This document shows positions 27,633-42,700 of a stretch of DNA of 64,000 nucleotides, piece after piece. Numbering within the stretch: position 1 is the stretch's first letter; the number at the start of each line of letters is the position of its first letter. The DNA is from the human T2T-CHM13v2.0 reference genome, Homo sapiens: assembly GCF_009914755.1 (NCBI RefSeq), contig NC_060927.1. One strand, 5' to 3'. A program made the position numbers and the translations under genes. The notes below the pieces were generated by a model that worked only from the letters and a program-made list of their open reading frames with translations, made no database searches and was not told the DNA's origin.

Positions 27633-30600
27633 CATCGTGTTGGTTTTTGAATGAAGGAGTGTGGCGTTGCTGGCGTGAGTGCTCTGTAGAAGACTGATTG
27701 CCAGTGTGGAGGGATGGGAGGGTGGAGGGGCTGCATGGCCTGTGCTTATTCTCCCTCTGGCTCTCCGGCTCTATCTCCTCTCATTTTCTCACCCTCTCTC
27801 ATTCCCTGGCCTCTCCTTCCTGAGCCTGAGCCCTCAGCCTGTTTCTGGGGTCTTGATGTTGGGTCCCTTGCCCTGCCCCGTGTTCTTTGCCGCTACAATC
27901 TATAATGAATGGTGCACTTAAAACAACGTTAGGGTAGGAGAGGCTTCTTTCTGGGTCTGGGGCAAAACGCAGGCCTGATGGCACTGTCTGTGTGATACCA
28001 CTCAATGTGCCTCCAGGCTCTAGCAGCTGAGGGCAAGGAAGAGGGTGTGTGAGGGGGGCATCGGGTTCCTGATTTAACTATTTTGTGCCCATTGTCATGT
28101 AGAAGGCAACATACATATGATTCACTGATTGGCAGACAGGCAGTTGGGGGATGGGATCAGCAGAAGGCGGGGGGATTAGGGAAGGCTGGAAATACATGAA
28201 TGATGGGCCAGAGAGAATTCTGGAGGTCTGGCTCAAGCTCTGGGAAATGGCCAAGACTCTTTCCTAGCGTTCAGTCCTGTCCAGGACCCATTAACTGACA
28301 CCCCCTGTGAAGGGTCTGAAGTCCAGAAGTGGAAAACATGCCAGTCATTAGGGTGAAAGCACAGTGAAGCCAGGAGAGGGGCGCACAGCAAGGTGCGAGA
28401 TCCAGGGGGATCTGAGAGCAGCACCCACCTGAGTCCTCCCTCAGCCTTAGTGCATGTGGTTTGAAACTGGAGCTGTCAGAGTGCACCCTCTTGAGGCACA
28501 TGATGGTACAGAACCCAGCCAGCCCTGATGGAGGACTCACTCCTTTGGAGGCTTACTCTCCCTGTGCTGAGACCCGCCTGTTGGGGCCTCCTGACAGGCG
28601 CCTTTCTACGCCTTGTGAGGTCCCCTTTTCTCAGTACCAATTCTAGTCTGGGCTATTCTCAGGCATGGGGGCTCAGGCAGAGCTCAAGTGAGGTCCCCGG
28701 CCTGCGCCTCAGCTGCTGTCAGGAGGAAGAAGCCCTGAAATGTGTTGAGCGGGCTGACTAGAGTGCATTGTGCACAGACCATCAGAGTGCGAAGGGTGTC
28801 ACTGCCAGTTAGTCACTCCAGGTCTCTCACAGATGAGGACACTGAGGCCCAGAGAGATGGGGGCTCTCAACTCGCCTGGGCTTCTTCAGCCCCATGGGCT
28901 CCTGGGGCCGACCCTGGCTGCCCTGACTGATTTCATCACTGCTCATCATCTACATTTCTGCCTTCCTGGATCCAGAAAAATGGGAAACAATGTATTGTTC
29001 CACTGCTTTCTGAACACCTCCAAAACAGTTTCGCACGACTCTGAACTCCCCAGGGAGGGGAGGGTCTTCACAGGAGGACAGGAACTGTTCCCCACCATTG
29101 TAGCTGGGGCTCACTCCATGGCACCGTAGGCTTCTGCTGAAGCAAACACTAGGTGGGACTGCCTGGGTTTCCCTAGACTGATCAGTTCCTGGATGTTAAA
29201 GAAGAAACAGCCCAGGGATGACGATGGCACTTTCTGTCCCCACTTCTCCCCTCCCTACCCTCTGCAAAGCGGGCTCATAAACAAAACTTTCTTTTTTTTT
29301 GGGGGGGGGGGCAAAAAAGCCCACCCACTTCCATACATTTAAAAACAGCAAAATTGAGGCAGAATCATAACAGACAGTATTTAACTAGTTCATTCGCCTC
29401 AGGCCTAATGGCCTAGAAGTGCTGCTGAATCATCCTGAACTATGGAAAACTCCATTCTGAAAAACCCACACATTTGACTAAAGCATAGTTGATGTTCCAG
29501 TTTTATACATCAAGGATAACATGTGGTATGGGTTGAATCTGTGGACATTTTTCTCCTTTTTTTAAAAAAAAAAAAACAGATGACATCCTGTGGTCTCTTT
29601 TCCTTTTTTATTTATTTTTTTTACCACAAGTACAATGCACACCGATAAAAAAGATGTACGTCGCATGTATCCGTGATAATAGCCATGGCAAAGGCAGTCT
29701 AAGGCATATTAACAACAGACTTATCTATGGAGCAGCACCTTATGTAAGATGCATTTTCCTCTAGAGCCAAACAGCAAAGAATTTACCTGCACAGTAGATA
29801 AAGTGGCCCCTGGGCCCACATGCAGTCCCGTGCCAGGCCCTGTGGCCAGGGGAGTTTTCTCACCTACATAAGTGACATAACAAGGGTAGGGTTTCCACTT
29901 AGCACAACAGAAGCTAACATGTAAATTGGCACCTGATGCTCGGCAGTCTGGCTGTACTAATGTCACCTATGGAGCCCAAGATAATTTCAGTGACATCTTT
30001 CTTTTCTCTTGGGGAGAGGTGTGCTTTCTGCCAGTGTCCGTCTGACAAGCCTGGATAAACATTTTCTTGGCAAGTGGAGACCCATATTTAGGGTTTACTT
30101 GAATTTAGCCATTCAAGATGTTTTTATAAAACCTCTCTCATCCCCTCAAAAAACCCTATTGAGCTAAATAGTGACAGAAAACTAGGTTGAAGCTGATGGG
30201 ATGACCTTGAGTCCTCTTCCTCCTTATGGCCAGGGGCTCACCAGGCTATGGTTAGCAAACAGAACATCCAAGAAAAGCCTGTAACTTTCACCTGTGCAAC
30301 CCTGTGCCATAGGGATGTGACATGGTCAGGGATGCGATGCGGTTCACCTCCTGCCTCCCCCATCTGGTCACAGCTTCCTCTTCTGCAGCCCCACACTCTT
30401 CCTCTCACCCAGTGGAGCAGCAGTGCTGTGACCATAGATTGGCTGTCCATTCTTCCATGCAGGCAATCATGGAGCTAGTGCTGATGGGGCCCCTTACCTA
30501 GTTCCTTATCAAGGCTGCTATCTGCCATCCTGTCTTCAGTTCTTGCTGCCAAGCCTTCCCTGGCTTCTCGGCCAGCTCAGCTTTTCTACTGTCACTCTCT

Positions 30601-31195
30601 GTAACAGCTCAGCATTGCTCCCCTCCCAGAGCCTCCATTCAGCCATCCTGTCAAGCCTCTGATCCAACCATCTCCACTGCTGGTCTTCTCTGCTCCTTAT
30701 CCAGGCCTCTGAGCCTGCTCAGGGAAGTCATGCAGGTTGAGTCAACACCTAACCTCAGCTGGACACACTGAGCCATGTTGAACTCCTCTTCCTCTTGGGG
30801 CCCTTTCATGGCATATCTACCAAGGTGCCTTCAAGCCTGGACCCCTCAAGGCCGGGCCTGTTTCTGCCTCCCTATGCTCAGGGTGTTCGTCACCTCCAAC
30901 TTTCATATTTCAATGGCTCTGTCATTCCTCATTCTCCTGTGGCCTGATCACCCCTCAGACAGTAGGCCTTTCCTCATCTTCCGTGGCTGGACTTTTCTAA
31001 GGAGTGGTCAACATTTCTGCCTCCTTTTCTTTATCATCTGTATATTCCTAATCTCTTGACGTTTAACTTCCACCCCTTCTACTTTATGAAAATATGTTTT
31101 TGAAGAACACAGATGAGACTATAATGCCTAGACCTCAGGGGCTTTTCCTCAAGACTATTGGCAGTGTTTGACCTGCATGACCATAATATTGTTCT

Positions 31196-31656
31196 TGTGA
31201 TAAGACAGAATAATGACCCACCAAAGATGACCGTGTCCCAACCTACTGGAACCTGTGAATATATTACCTTACGCGACAAAAGAGACTTTGCAGATGTGAT
31301 AAAGTTAAGGACCTTGAGATGGTGATCCTAACACAGTCCAAAGAATCCTCATAAGGGAGAGACAGGAGAGTGAGTTTTAGAGAAGGAGATGGAATGATGG
31401 AAGCGGAGGTGGTGGTGATGTAAGGCTGTGAGCCAAAGAATGCTGGCAGCTTCTGGAGACTGGAAAAGGTAAAAATTGATTTTCCCCTGGAGCCTCTAAG
31501 AAGAACACAGCTCTGTCGATACCTTACTTTTAGTCCCATAATACCCATTTCAGACTGTTAACCTTTAGGACTGTAAGAAAATAAGTTTGCATTGTTTTAA
31601 ACCACTCAGTTTGTGGTAATTTGCAGCAATGGAAGCAGCAATAGGAAGCTAATACA
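31196..31656 (+). mobile_element. MaLR solo LTR (MLT1D-like)
   Basis: TG...CA ends; ggaacctgtgaatatattacctta and gcagcaataggaagctaataca; gttct/cttct flanks. Confidence 0.8.
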
Positions 31657-32576
31657 CTTCTCACACTCTCTTCTCCCAAAATTATCATATCTAAAATGAT
31701 GGGAACTCCTGCTTCTTCTGCTGGTCCTTTTCATTCTTTTCCCTCCAAGTTAGGGTGTTTAAGCCTCAACCCATTTCACTTGCCTTGTATTATCATTTTC
31801 ACAATGAATGTTTGTAGAATAAGTCTGTATGTCTGTTTAAGAATTCTGCCATATTTGGCACATTTAGAGACACCCACCTCACTCACCTTCCCTTCTCAGA
31901 TAATCTTCCTCCACTCACAGCCCCTGCTGAGTAGACAGCAGGCCATGTGACCTTACCCTTAGTCATATCTGGTAAGTGCCGGCATATGTACCTCTTCTAG
32001 GGGGAGATCCTTGGCCTGGCTCAGAAAAGATCCATTGAACTGATCAGATCTCTACTCTGAGGAATCTGTCCTAAATGACCAAGACAATTTTCAGTTCATG
32101 GTAGGCGCTGGAGTAGAAAGGCTGTGGTAGAGTTTTGTCTGGGGTGTCAATAAGGGCCAGATAAAGTTAGAGAAGAGGGAACACTCAGAGATGGCTCACT
32201 GGGAAGATGAGAAGAGAGCAGAGGTAATCAGAGAAGCTGAGGAGCCACTCAAGGGTGAGGAGCTGAGAGTCTGTTTCTTAGAGCAGCCTTCATTTTGTGA
32301 AGCCTTCATGGCTTTGTGTGCTCACAAAACCCCTTTTTCACTTAAGCTAGCTTGCATGCATTTTTGTTCCTTGCATCCAAAGATGGCAACTAGAATGATC
32401 TTTATTTGCCCAGTTGCTCAATCCAGGAAGTTGGGAGTTAGTCAGCTTTGATGTTCCTTGCCTGCTCTGTTGTTCTAGAACCTGAGTCTGTGAGAAGGAG
32501 AACCCAGGACAGACACTGATGAGTACCAACAGTTAAAGACAGGACAAAGAATCTTCAAAAGAGGATGAGAAGGATC

Positions 32577-32898
<322 letters not shown>

Positions 32899-35861
32899 AG
32901 GATGAGAAGGATCAGCCCAAGAATTTGGAGGGAAACTAGAAATACATACTGAAGCATCCTTGGAACAAAGGGAGGCTGTGGTCAGAAGTGTTACACACCA
33001 TCAGACCCTAAACCATGTTGCTTTTGTTTCGATGTCGAGAATAGTTTGGGGTGATGAGAAAATAAATATCTTTTTGGAAATTCAGTAACTCAAAACCAAG
33101 AGCATTTGAGTGAGGGGACATGTAAATCACCCTCCAGGGGAAGCTAAGGAGACTTGTTTAGTAATACCAACTACAAAATACATACTGGAACAAGAAATTA
33201 GAGGTGAGGGATTTCAACTAGATCTGACCCAGAGCTTCTCAGGGTCAGGGTATTGTCTGTCTTACTCACCAACCTATTTGCAGCTTAGGGTCTAGCATTC
33301 ATTCATTCTATTCACCTATCTTTGTTGCACATGTAGGTACCAGGCACATAGTAGGTAGTCAGTAAATACGTTGGCTGAATTAAGCTATTTATTTACACAC
33401 ACCATGCTCTGAAAAGTGTGCATCTAAAAATCTCCAGATTTACCTGCCTGACAATTTTAGCTCTCAGAATGCATGGGCAGAAGAGACTTTAGAAGTAAAA
33501 ATATTTTTCAGTTGCCAGTGAAGGAATCTAGATTTTTGAGTAGGTCTTGAGTTGTGTGATAATGAAAATACTTAATGAAAAGAATTGTTATTGGATGAAT
33601 CTATACAACCCCAATTTTTTATCTGCGAGCAATTAAAAAATAAGACATAGGAATATCCCTTACTAAAAATGTTAAGGAAAAAGGCCACTTGGGCATTGGG
33701 TTGAGTGTGACCCTGAATGAAGGTGATGCCCTGAATCTTCTGGGGAACCGCTCTGAAGTCATGGTGATCCGTATGGATTTCTTTGTCCTACCACAGGAGA
33801 TTTAACATGGACCCTGGATCTTTGATGGGGAAAAATAAACTCCCTTCCTTTGTGATTCATTTTGGAAAAAAAAGAGAAGAGGAACTATATAATAAAATTT
33901 ACTCTTGGAGATTCTGGGAGCAACAGGACAGAAATCTTGCAGGTAGCATGCTTTGGTTGGGTTGAAAACACGCTGTTTCTGTGTCCATAGGAAGCCCTCC
34001 AGTTGGCTGCAGCCTGGCTTTATCAAAGCTGATTAGGATGCAAAGCAGTAATGCAGGCTTGTTCATGGAGCTTGTCTCACCTTTGTCCCCTCAACTCTGC
34101 CTAGGCCCATTCCTAAGTGTGAAAGTTCTGATTGTTATCTTGGTTACAGAATCTCATTCCTTGTCTGTTTTCTTTTGCCCTTATCCTCACATTTCTTTGA
34201 ATGTCCTTTCTTGGGACGCCTTGATCTGCTCCCAAAGAAATGCAATTATCAGAAATCAACCTCTCTCACCCATTTCTGCCCTAAGCAGCTTTTGCCCACT
34301 GGTGAATTTCACATTGTACTGAGAAAGTCAGCAACTAATACTAATAACAATAAAATATGTTTGTATTTTTAGATGACTTTTTCCACTGGGGACTCCCTGG
34401 TGAGAACCGGGCACTGAGCAGAATGAGGGTGTATATGAGCTGGAAATAGAGAGCGAGAAAGAGACCTGGCCGGTTGAAGCCTTTTCTTGACAGCTAATTT
34501 CCATTTTTTGGTATCAAGGGGTCTGTGCCAGTAATTGGCATGCAGATTGTGTCTGATGGGCCTGTTATACAGAATAAAGGAATCTGCTAGTTAGAATAAG
34601 CCAACCCCAGGCTGATGGATGGGGCATAAGGAGGTCATTGAAAAAGAGAAATTGTGTGTGTGTGTGTGTGTGTCCCTGTGCGTGTGTGTGTTTCACAAGA
34701 TTCCTATCCCCTCCCTTCTCACTCTTTTTCCAGCAAACTCTAATCTTTCATATTGTATTGAGACAAATGTTGCTCCATTTCTCTCTCACTCTCTGTTTTT
34801 TTTCCTTGAAGGGATATTTGATGGAACCCACTCTAGGTTTTAATAGAGTGTGGGGGCAAAGGAGAAATTAAAGCAGTGTCATGGTTTGTTAGCAGCCCGG
34901 GATCGTCCAGGATGGGCCCAGGCTACAAATTATGCTCTGGAATTAATTGGCAGAAGGTAGTTCTCCTGTCCATCATTCTTAATCCAGCAGCTATGGGATA
35001 TCAACAGGAAAATGTGTGCTGTTATCCATTTCCCCTTTACTTTGTTTAAGTCATTGGTCTGATTAGTCATTTTCTTGATCCCCACCCCATGCATTGATTA
35101 GGTAGGAGTTGTGCTATTTGCTGTTACCTCTTAGGTGAGCTGTGCAATTCTATGCATCCTCCTAAGGAGGCTGCTTTCAGTTCAGGTACCCGCCATGGGT
35201 CACAGGAGCTGACAGCTAGGCTTCCCATAGCTGTGGGAAGCTGAAAGAGAATTTAGCTTACGTTTTCAAAGCTCTGCTAAAACCAACACCATTACAGGTT
35301 TAACTGTTATAAATGTATTTGTTTTAGAAAGACTATGTTTGGATTTAAAGAAATATAAAAACATAGAACCAAGCAGCTTCTGCTCACCTATCCTTGGTAC
35401 CACTCTCAGACTGCAGTGGCAGTCTCTTAACTCTTTCTTGGCTTGATATTAACTCTTTCATCCAACATTCTGGGATGAACCAGAAAGTTAATCCCAACAG
35501 CATTTAGACAGCATGGGAAATTTCATACCATTGGGCCACATGTAGCTTTCCCTAGGAGCCCAAATCCTTACCTTGTATGAGGGAGAAAATGACTTTATAC
35601 ACTCAGAAGACCTGACTCTGTCTTTCCTGGCCACAAAAGGGAAACATTTCTGTATGTCCAATTTCAGGAATTCTTAGGATAAACCTTTCCTGGTTACAAA
35701 GAAGTAATCTCCTGTCTAGCTTTTTCTCTTTGTGTATAAAACTTAAGTTTATCTCATTTGCGGAGATGAGTTTTTAAACTCCTATTTACAGTATTTGTGG
35801 TCTTCTTTATAGTTTCAGGCCTTGTATCTGATAGGACTTTTGTCAGTAAATCATGTGAAGC

Positions 35862-36447
35862 TTTTTTTTCTTTTTTTTTAAGTTCTTTTTTTTATGATTA
35901 TTATTATTTTTATTATTATTATACTTCAAGTTTTAGGGTACATGTGCACATTGTGCAGGTTAGTTACATATGTATACATGTGCCATGCTGGTGCGCTGCA
36001 CCCACTAACTCGTCATCTAGCATTAGGTATATCTCCCGATGCTATCCCTCCCCCCTCCCCGCACCCCACAACAGTCCCCAGAGTGTGATATTCCCCTTCC
36101 TGTGTCCATGTGATCTCATTGTTCAATTCCCACCTATGAGTGAGAATATGCGGTGTTTGGTTTTTTGTTCTTGCGATAGTTTACTGAGAATGATGATTTC
36201 CAATTTCATCCATGTCCCTACAAAGGACATGAACTCATCATTTTTTATGGCTGCATAGTATTCCATGGTGTATATGTGCCACATTTTCTTAATCCAGTCT
36301 ATCATTGTTGGACATTTGGGTTGGTTCCAAGTCTTTGCTATTGTGAATAATGCCGCAATAAACATACGTGTGCATGTGTCTTTATAGCAGCATGATTTAT
36401 AGTCCTTTGGGTATATACCCAGTAATGGGATGGCTGGGTCAAATGGT
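35862..36447 (-). mobile_element. Young 5'-truncated L1 (L1PA2-like) 3' end
   Basis: Near-consensus L1HS/L1PA2 3'UTR; reads cccactaactcgtcatc (GAG on the L1 strand, not Ta ACA or pre-Ta ACG). Confidence 0.9.
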
Positions 36448-38052
36448 AAAAAGGCTTTTCTATAAAAACATAATCAAATAGAACATTTTAATATTTAAAG
36501 AAGAATAGATGAGTCCCTCATAGAAAATTCTTTGCTTTCTTATTGTTTATTAGATAACTTCAGTTGTGTCACTGAGGTTGCAAAGCCTTTCTTTCGTCTT
36601 CTATACCGATCCAGAAGGCCTCATAGAGTTCTCTCCTCAAGCAATATCTTACCCCAAGGGTGCCTTAATGCCTTAGTAGGTGACTGCAGAAGAAACATTT
36701 GGGAGGGGTCAAAGCCATTTTTGACTCAGTCCTATTCCTTTGCTTGGCTCGGGCACTGCTTCTTTTCTCACTGACTCCCTAGGGGTGGGACCATTGTCTG
36801 ACCTTTCTGTTTTACCTCCAGCAGCATGCAGATAAGTGCTGGAGAGAAAGGGAACTAGAAGGGAAGGAGAGGAAGAACTGGGACCTGGAGGCTGGGAGTG
36901 GGAGGGAGAGGCAGGTGAAGATGAAGAGAAAGGGATATAGAAAGGACAAGGGGAGGAAGGAGGAGAGCAGAGAGGGGAGGGAGCTGGATGGCTACCTGTG
37001 CACCCCGTCCTCCAGACAGAGGCCCCATCAGATCTGCCAGGAAGTCCCCAGGGTTCCAGGGCAAGGCTGCTGCACAACCTATGGGCCTGGAGATCCTGCA
37101 GGAGATAGTCATCATCTCTGCCAGGATTTCTTTTAACTATGCTTAGCCCCTCCTTTTATACCCTCTGCTGCCAAGGCGAGACCACCCTCCTTCTGCCAAG
37201 TATACCAGAGGGTCTTTTGTTGGCTGCTGATGTAGATAAGTTCTCTCTGCTTCTCTCTGTCAGACACATCAGAATCTGGGAGTGTTCACTTTGGAATTGG
37301 AAGAGCAGAGGGGATTTTTTTTTTTTTAATGGTAGGAGAGGGTAGAAAAGGAGAAGAGGAGAATAGGTGAATGGAATCCATGGTATTGCTCAAGGTTCAG
37401 CTGAATGGACTGGGTGCAAGGCCCTGTGAGCAGGGGCCGGGGGATGCTCTGGGAGACACAGAGTTTCCTACTGGTGCTCAGGTTTCTCCAGGTTGCCCAG
37501 GCCCAGAGGGTGAGGGCAGAGTGTTCTAGGAGTTGGTGGAGCTGCTTGGTGAGACTCTGGGTACAGTCAGAGCTGCTTTGGGGTCGGGTGAGGCAAGGTC
37601 CAGAGCTGGAGGTCATTTCCCCATTCTGCATGGGGCACAGCACCGAGGGAGCATCTGATGATGGTGGCTTTGGGAGCACCCATCAATGTCTGTGGCATGG
37701 ATAGAGGAATTCCCCGGAGGGGCTGGCATGGGTGAGGCTCCTGCAGATGGCTCTGTGGGTAGGGGATATGGACAAATGAGATGTAGGATAAAGAGGAAGG
37801 AGGGGCTGATGCTTGATGGCAGTTCCATAGACCAGCTTGTGAGTACACAGTGGGCTCCCTGCTGAGGCCTCTCAGAAATAACTTTGTGTACTTTATGTTT
37901 ATCTGGGAATCTGGAGTCTTGCTGTTTTGTGGGGGTGGGGGGGTTATTGAGCTCATCAGAGGTCACATTTAACTTTCTAAGTCCCATGACCACCCTCCCC
38001 AATGATGGGAAAAAAGAAAAAGATAGAAAAGAAAAGAAGGCTGCAGCTATGA

Positions 38053-38416
38053 TGTCTTAGTCTGTTCAGGCTGCCGTAACGAAAACCATAAACTGGATGG
38101 CTTATAAACAACAGAACTATATTTCTCATGGCTTGGGAGGCTGGGAAGTCCAAGATCAAGGTGCTGGCAGATGCAGTGTCTTGTGAGGGTTCATTTGCTG
38201 ATTCACAGATGGAGGCTTCTCACTGTATCCTCACATGGGGAAGGGGTGAAGGAGCTCCCTTAGGCCTCTTTTATAAGGGCACTAATTCCATTCATGAGGG
38301 CTTCTCCTTCATGACCTAATCACCTTCCATGAGGCCCACCTCCTAATACTGTCCCCTTGGGGTTAGAATTTCAACACAGGAATTTCGGGGGACATACACA
38401 TACAGACCAGAGCACA
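38053..38416 (-). mobile_element. MaLR LTR (MLT1A/MST-like)
   Basis: tgtcttagtctgttcaggctgc...gggaagtccaagatcaagg...cagaccagagca. Confidence 0.8.
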
Positions 38417-38601
38417 TGAGGAACATGCCACTTGTCAAAAATGTGGGAATTGCCTTCTAATTAAGCATCTTCCAGCAGGACCACTGCCTCTTTCTGCTAC
38501 TCCAGAGGATGGGCACGCTACATTTTATGCTCCTTGTCAGGGAGCCTCCTTCTTAAAGATCCCTTCCTCTGTGTTCTTGGGACATTAAAAAAGGTTGAAC
38601 A

Positions 38602-38890
38602 GGCCGGGGGTGATGGCTCATGCCTGTAATCCCAGCACTTCAGGAGGCTGAGGCGGGCGGATCACTTGAGTACAGGAGTTTGAGACCATCCTGGGCAACA
38701 TGGTGAAACCCCATCCCTGCAAAAATTAGCTGGGCATGGCGGTGCATGCCTGTAGTCCTAGCTACATGGGAGGTTGAGGAGGGAGGATTGCCTCAGCTGG
38801 AAAGGTGAATGTTGTGGTGGGCCAAGATCGCGCCACTGCACTCCAGCCTCGGTGACAGACCAAGACCCTTTCTCAAAAACAAACAAACAA
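38602..38890 (+). mobile_element. Alu (AluJ-type)
   Basis: Dimer with (CAAA)n tail. Confidence 0.9.
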
Positions 38891-40558
38891 CCTCCCCCAA
38901 AATCCCCAAACAAACAAACGAATCAAAAAACCTTTAACAAAGTTCTTAAGCATTCAGGTTGGCTTCGTATTATGCTGTATTGCTCTTTCTTCATGTTCCC
39001 CTTTATTTTCCTACTGCCTGGGGTGAATTTTGGTGACTGTATACAGAGCCAATGCTAGTCTATTGGAATTGGGAGAAAACTTTGGGTAACTTTTGTGCAA
39101 GTTATATACAGGCACCCCTTCCTTGGGGGAATAGACTCATGCAGCATGCATACAGTGAAGCATAGGCTGCACTTGGCCCCCAGTGTCCCCCTTGGCCGAT
39201 GTCCTTGAACAGAACAAACTTAAAGGAGTGCTGTGTCTTCCACCTTCTCACCTGTCAGAGGTACTACCATTTTCATGGGATCACTATGTCTCATTTTCAA
39301 TATCTTTTTCTCATTACATACTTTGAGTTTTAAAAATTTCTTCCAAAAATTATCTCCATATTCCCCTTAGGTCTGTGCTTTTAAAGCATTGCTCCCTAAG
39401 GATATTTCTTGCTTGAACCATGTGGCCCGTTAGGTTTTAACTGAGAAAACAAAACCACTTCAGTTATTGCAGCAGAAGGAATTTAGTGTAAGAAATTGAT
39501 TAAGCAGGTGATAGAAGAGCTGAGAAGACAAATGGTGCATGAGGCAACCCAGAAGTCAGCACTCGAAGGAAGCTGCTCCCACCCCTAGGATGAAGAGACA
39601 AAGGGAGGAGGTGGTGCTACCAGGGACAGCCGTCTTGCAACTGTGACACTGCAGGCATAAGGACCAAAAACCAACAAGAGGAGGACAGGAGCATAGAAAG
39701 ATAGGAAATATAGCATCATTAGGCTGTGAAGCCAACTCTGAGATCGCCTTTCTCTTGTCTTCTTGTTACCAAATAATAAATGCTAGCATTTATTTGAATC
39801 TGTTAGTTAAAATTTCTGTTACTTATAGCTGAATACATCTGATGCAATATTTTTCCAAGTCCTAACCTATTTCCAAGTTACAGTAGTAACTGCATTACAT
39901 TAAACAACTGCATTTATATTCAACAAACCCTTTGAAAGCTGAGGCCACAGTGACCTTTCGGCCCAGCCTATGGTAACAGATGCTGCCCCAGGTCTGCAGG
40001 CAAATTGGAGGTGCTGGTCAGTGATTAGGAGCTGAGCTGGGGATGAAGCACACTGGAATTCAGTTCCAGCGTCTCCCGCTGGATGCCACAATTGTGAGGT
40101 TCATTCAGCAAACCTAGCCTTTGCATTCCTGCCAGGGGTCCCAGAGGAAGTCATTTCCATTTTCTTTTGACCATCAGCGGACACAGGACTTCCTGATTGG
40201 CTCATGCAATATAAACTCACAATTTAGTATTTATCCTGGAAGCTCCCCTGAGCCTTATATTCAACAATGCATTGAAAGATCTCCTCTCTTTTCTCTCAAG
40301 TTCTGTGATCTCAGAGCCCTGAGTTAATGAAAAAAAGAGATTCCTTGAGGCAAGGCCCCATTTTCTCTCTTTGCTGATGATTTTCAGACAGGTTGGTTTC
40401 ACTTATTTATCACGAACTGCAGTGTGGTATATCTGTGGGAAAGTGTACCTTGCAGATGTGATAGTAGCAACATTCGTTAAAACAATGGTTCAATTTGTTA
40501 AAACAATTGAACTATGTTCAGTTTTGCTTCGTACAAATGAGGCTCAAATACTTCGTAA

Positions 40559-41037
<479 letters not shown>

Positions 41038-41045
41038 TAAATAAG

Positions 41046-41445
41046 TGTTAAGGGTTGGATTGTGTCCCCATCCCTGTCCTAGCCCCCAGTACTTCAGAAT
41101 GTGACCTTATTTGGAGACAAGGTCTTTACTGAAGTAATCAGGTTCAAGTGAGGCCATTAGGGTGGGCTCTGATCCAATATCACAGGTGTCCTTACAAAAA
41201 AGGAAAATTTGGACACATATCCATACAAAGAAGACAATATGAAGAGACAGGGAGAGAAGATGGCCATTTGCAAGCCAAGGGGAGGCCTAAAACAGATCCT
41301 TCCCTCATGGCCCTCAGAAGAAACCAACGTTGTCAACACCTTGGTCTCAGACTTCTAGCCTCCAGCACTGTGAGACAATAAGAATCTGCCGTTTAAGCCA
41401 CCCAGTTTGTGGTATTTTGTTATGGCAGCCCTAGCAAATAAATAC
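41046..41445 (+). mobile_element. MaLR solo LTR (MLT1B-like) inserted in a MIR
   Basis: cagaatgtgaccttatttggaga...ggcagccctagcaaa; ataag/gtaag flanks; MIR-like sequence both sides. Confidence 0.8.
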
Positions 41446-42244
41446 AGTAAGTATACACTTATTACCTAATAACACTATTATTATCTCCATTTTCGGATGA
41501 GAAAGTAGAGGCACAGAGAGGAGAAGCAACTTGCCTAAGTTTATAAAACTAAGTAGAAGATTATATCCCCAGTCCTCTGTGTAGGAGCCGGGATGCTACT
41601 TCCCAGGCACCCGGGTGTGCCGGAAGTAGTCAAATGGAGAGGGTGCCTTCAGTCCAGGTGGCCAGGTTTCATTTACCCCAGGCTTTCCTTTTTAAATCTT
41701 TCATTTAGGTGTCAGTGTGGAAGTGGATCTGATGTTTGCTTAACTGAGAAATGGGGCCATGTTTATAATGAAATGCATTTCATGTGACCCAGGATCCAGC
41801 TGTTCCTTGGACTATCAGAAGGTTGTGGGTTCTGCTGACTGCAGAGATGTTATGATGCTTCAAGTTACCTCTGCCCTTGACCCCCAAGTAGTGGAGCTAG
41901 ACACAAGCGTGTGTGCATGTGCACACACACCCACCACTTCCTCCATGCACACATAGTAGTACACACACCCCTCACCTACATCCACATTTACAGACAGAAA
42001 TGCCTAAACACATCTGGACACATGTACACATACAGACAAACACACTGGTCCTTCAGAATATGCATGTACTCATTCTCAAGCAACACACCTATACACTTAT
42101 AAACTTACACACCAATACACCTGTTCTCACACTACCTTTCACACAAATGTGCTTGTGCATACACACAACTGAGATCACATACATGGCTAAGTGGGCTCCA
42201 CCAGTGGGCCTCTGTCTCATTAGAGTGTGTGACAAGCTAGTGTC

Positions 42245-42700
42245 GTGTCTCAGGTCAGGTTGCCCAGAAGCAGATCCTGAGAGGAGAGAGAGTGTGCAAG
42301 AGATTTGCTAAGGAAGTGTGCCTAGGGGAGGACAGTGAGGGAGAAGGACAAGCAGGACAAGAAAGAGGAGGAAGAATGCAATTGTAGGTGAAGTTGCAGC
42401 CTTGGTCTGAGGAGCCATTGGAACACTCTGGTGCATTCTTTTGCCTTTCATCAAGGCAAAGGAGCTGGCTTTCATACCCTTGCACCACTCATGCATTAAC
42501 TTTGGGCAGCCCCGGGGACATAAACTCCCAGGGACTTCTGTCTATTACTGTTTCTGGTTAAAGGTGCCAGCAGGCCAGGGGCTGTCCTCTGAAGACTGCA
42601 AGGTGAGATCCCTTAGAAGTAAAGCACACTTTGGGAGAAGAATCTGGGGACTGACACACAGAACTGGTGAAGGGGATGTGGGCAAGATACAGTGTATGTG
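42245..42700 (-). mobile_element. ERVL-type LTR (LTR16-like)
   Basis: tgtctcaggtcaggttgcccagaagcagatcctgaga...tgcaagagattt. Confidence 0.5.

Noticed and set aside
35862-36447. Possible active L1HS-Ta insertion
   Set aside because: Diagnostic trinucleotide is GAG, not ACA/ACG, and the copy is heavily 5'-truncated.
37326-38002. Several overlapping ORFs of 99-129 aa in unique-looking sequence
   Set aside because: No homology I can recognise; open frames on both strands are consistent with composition alone.
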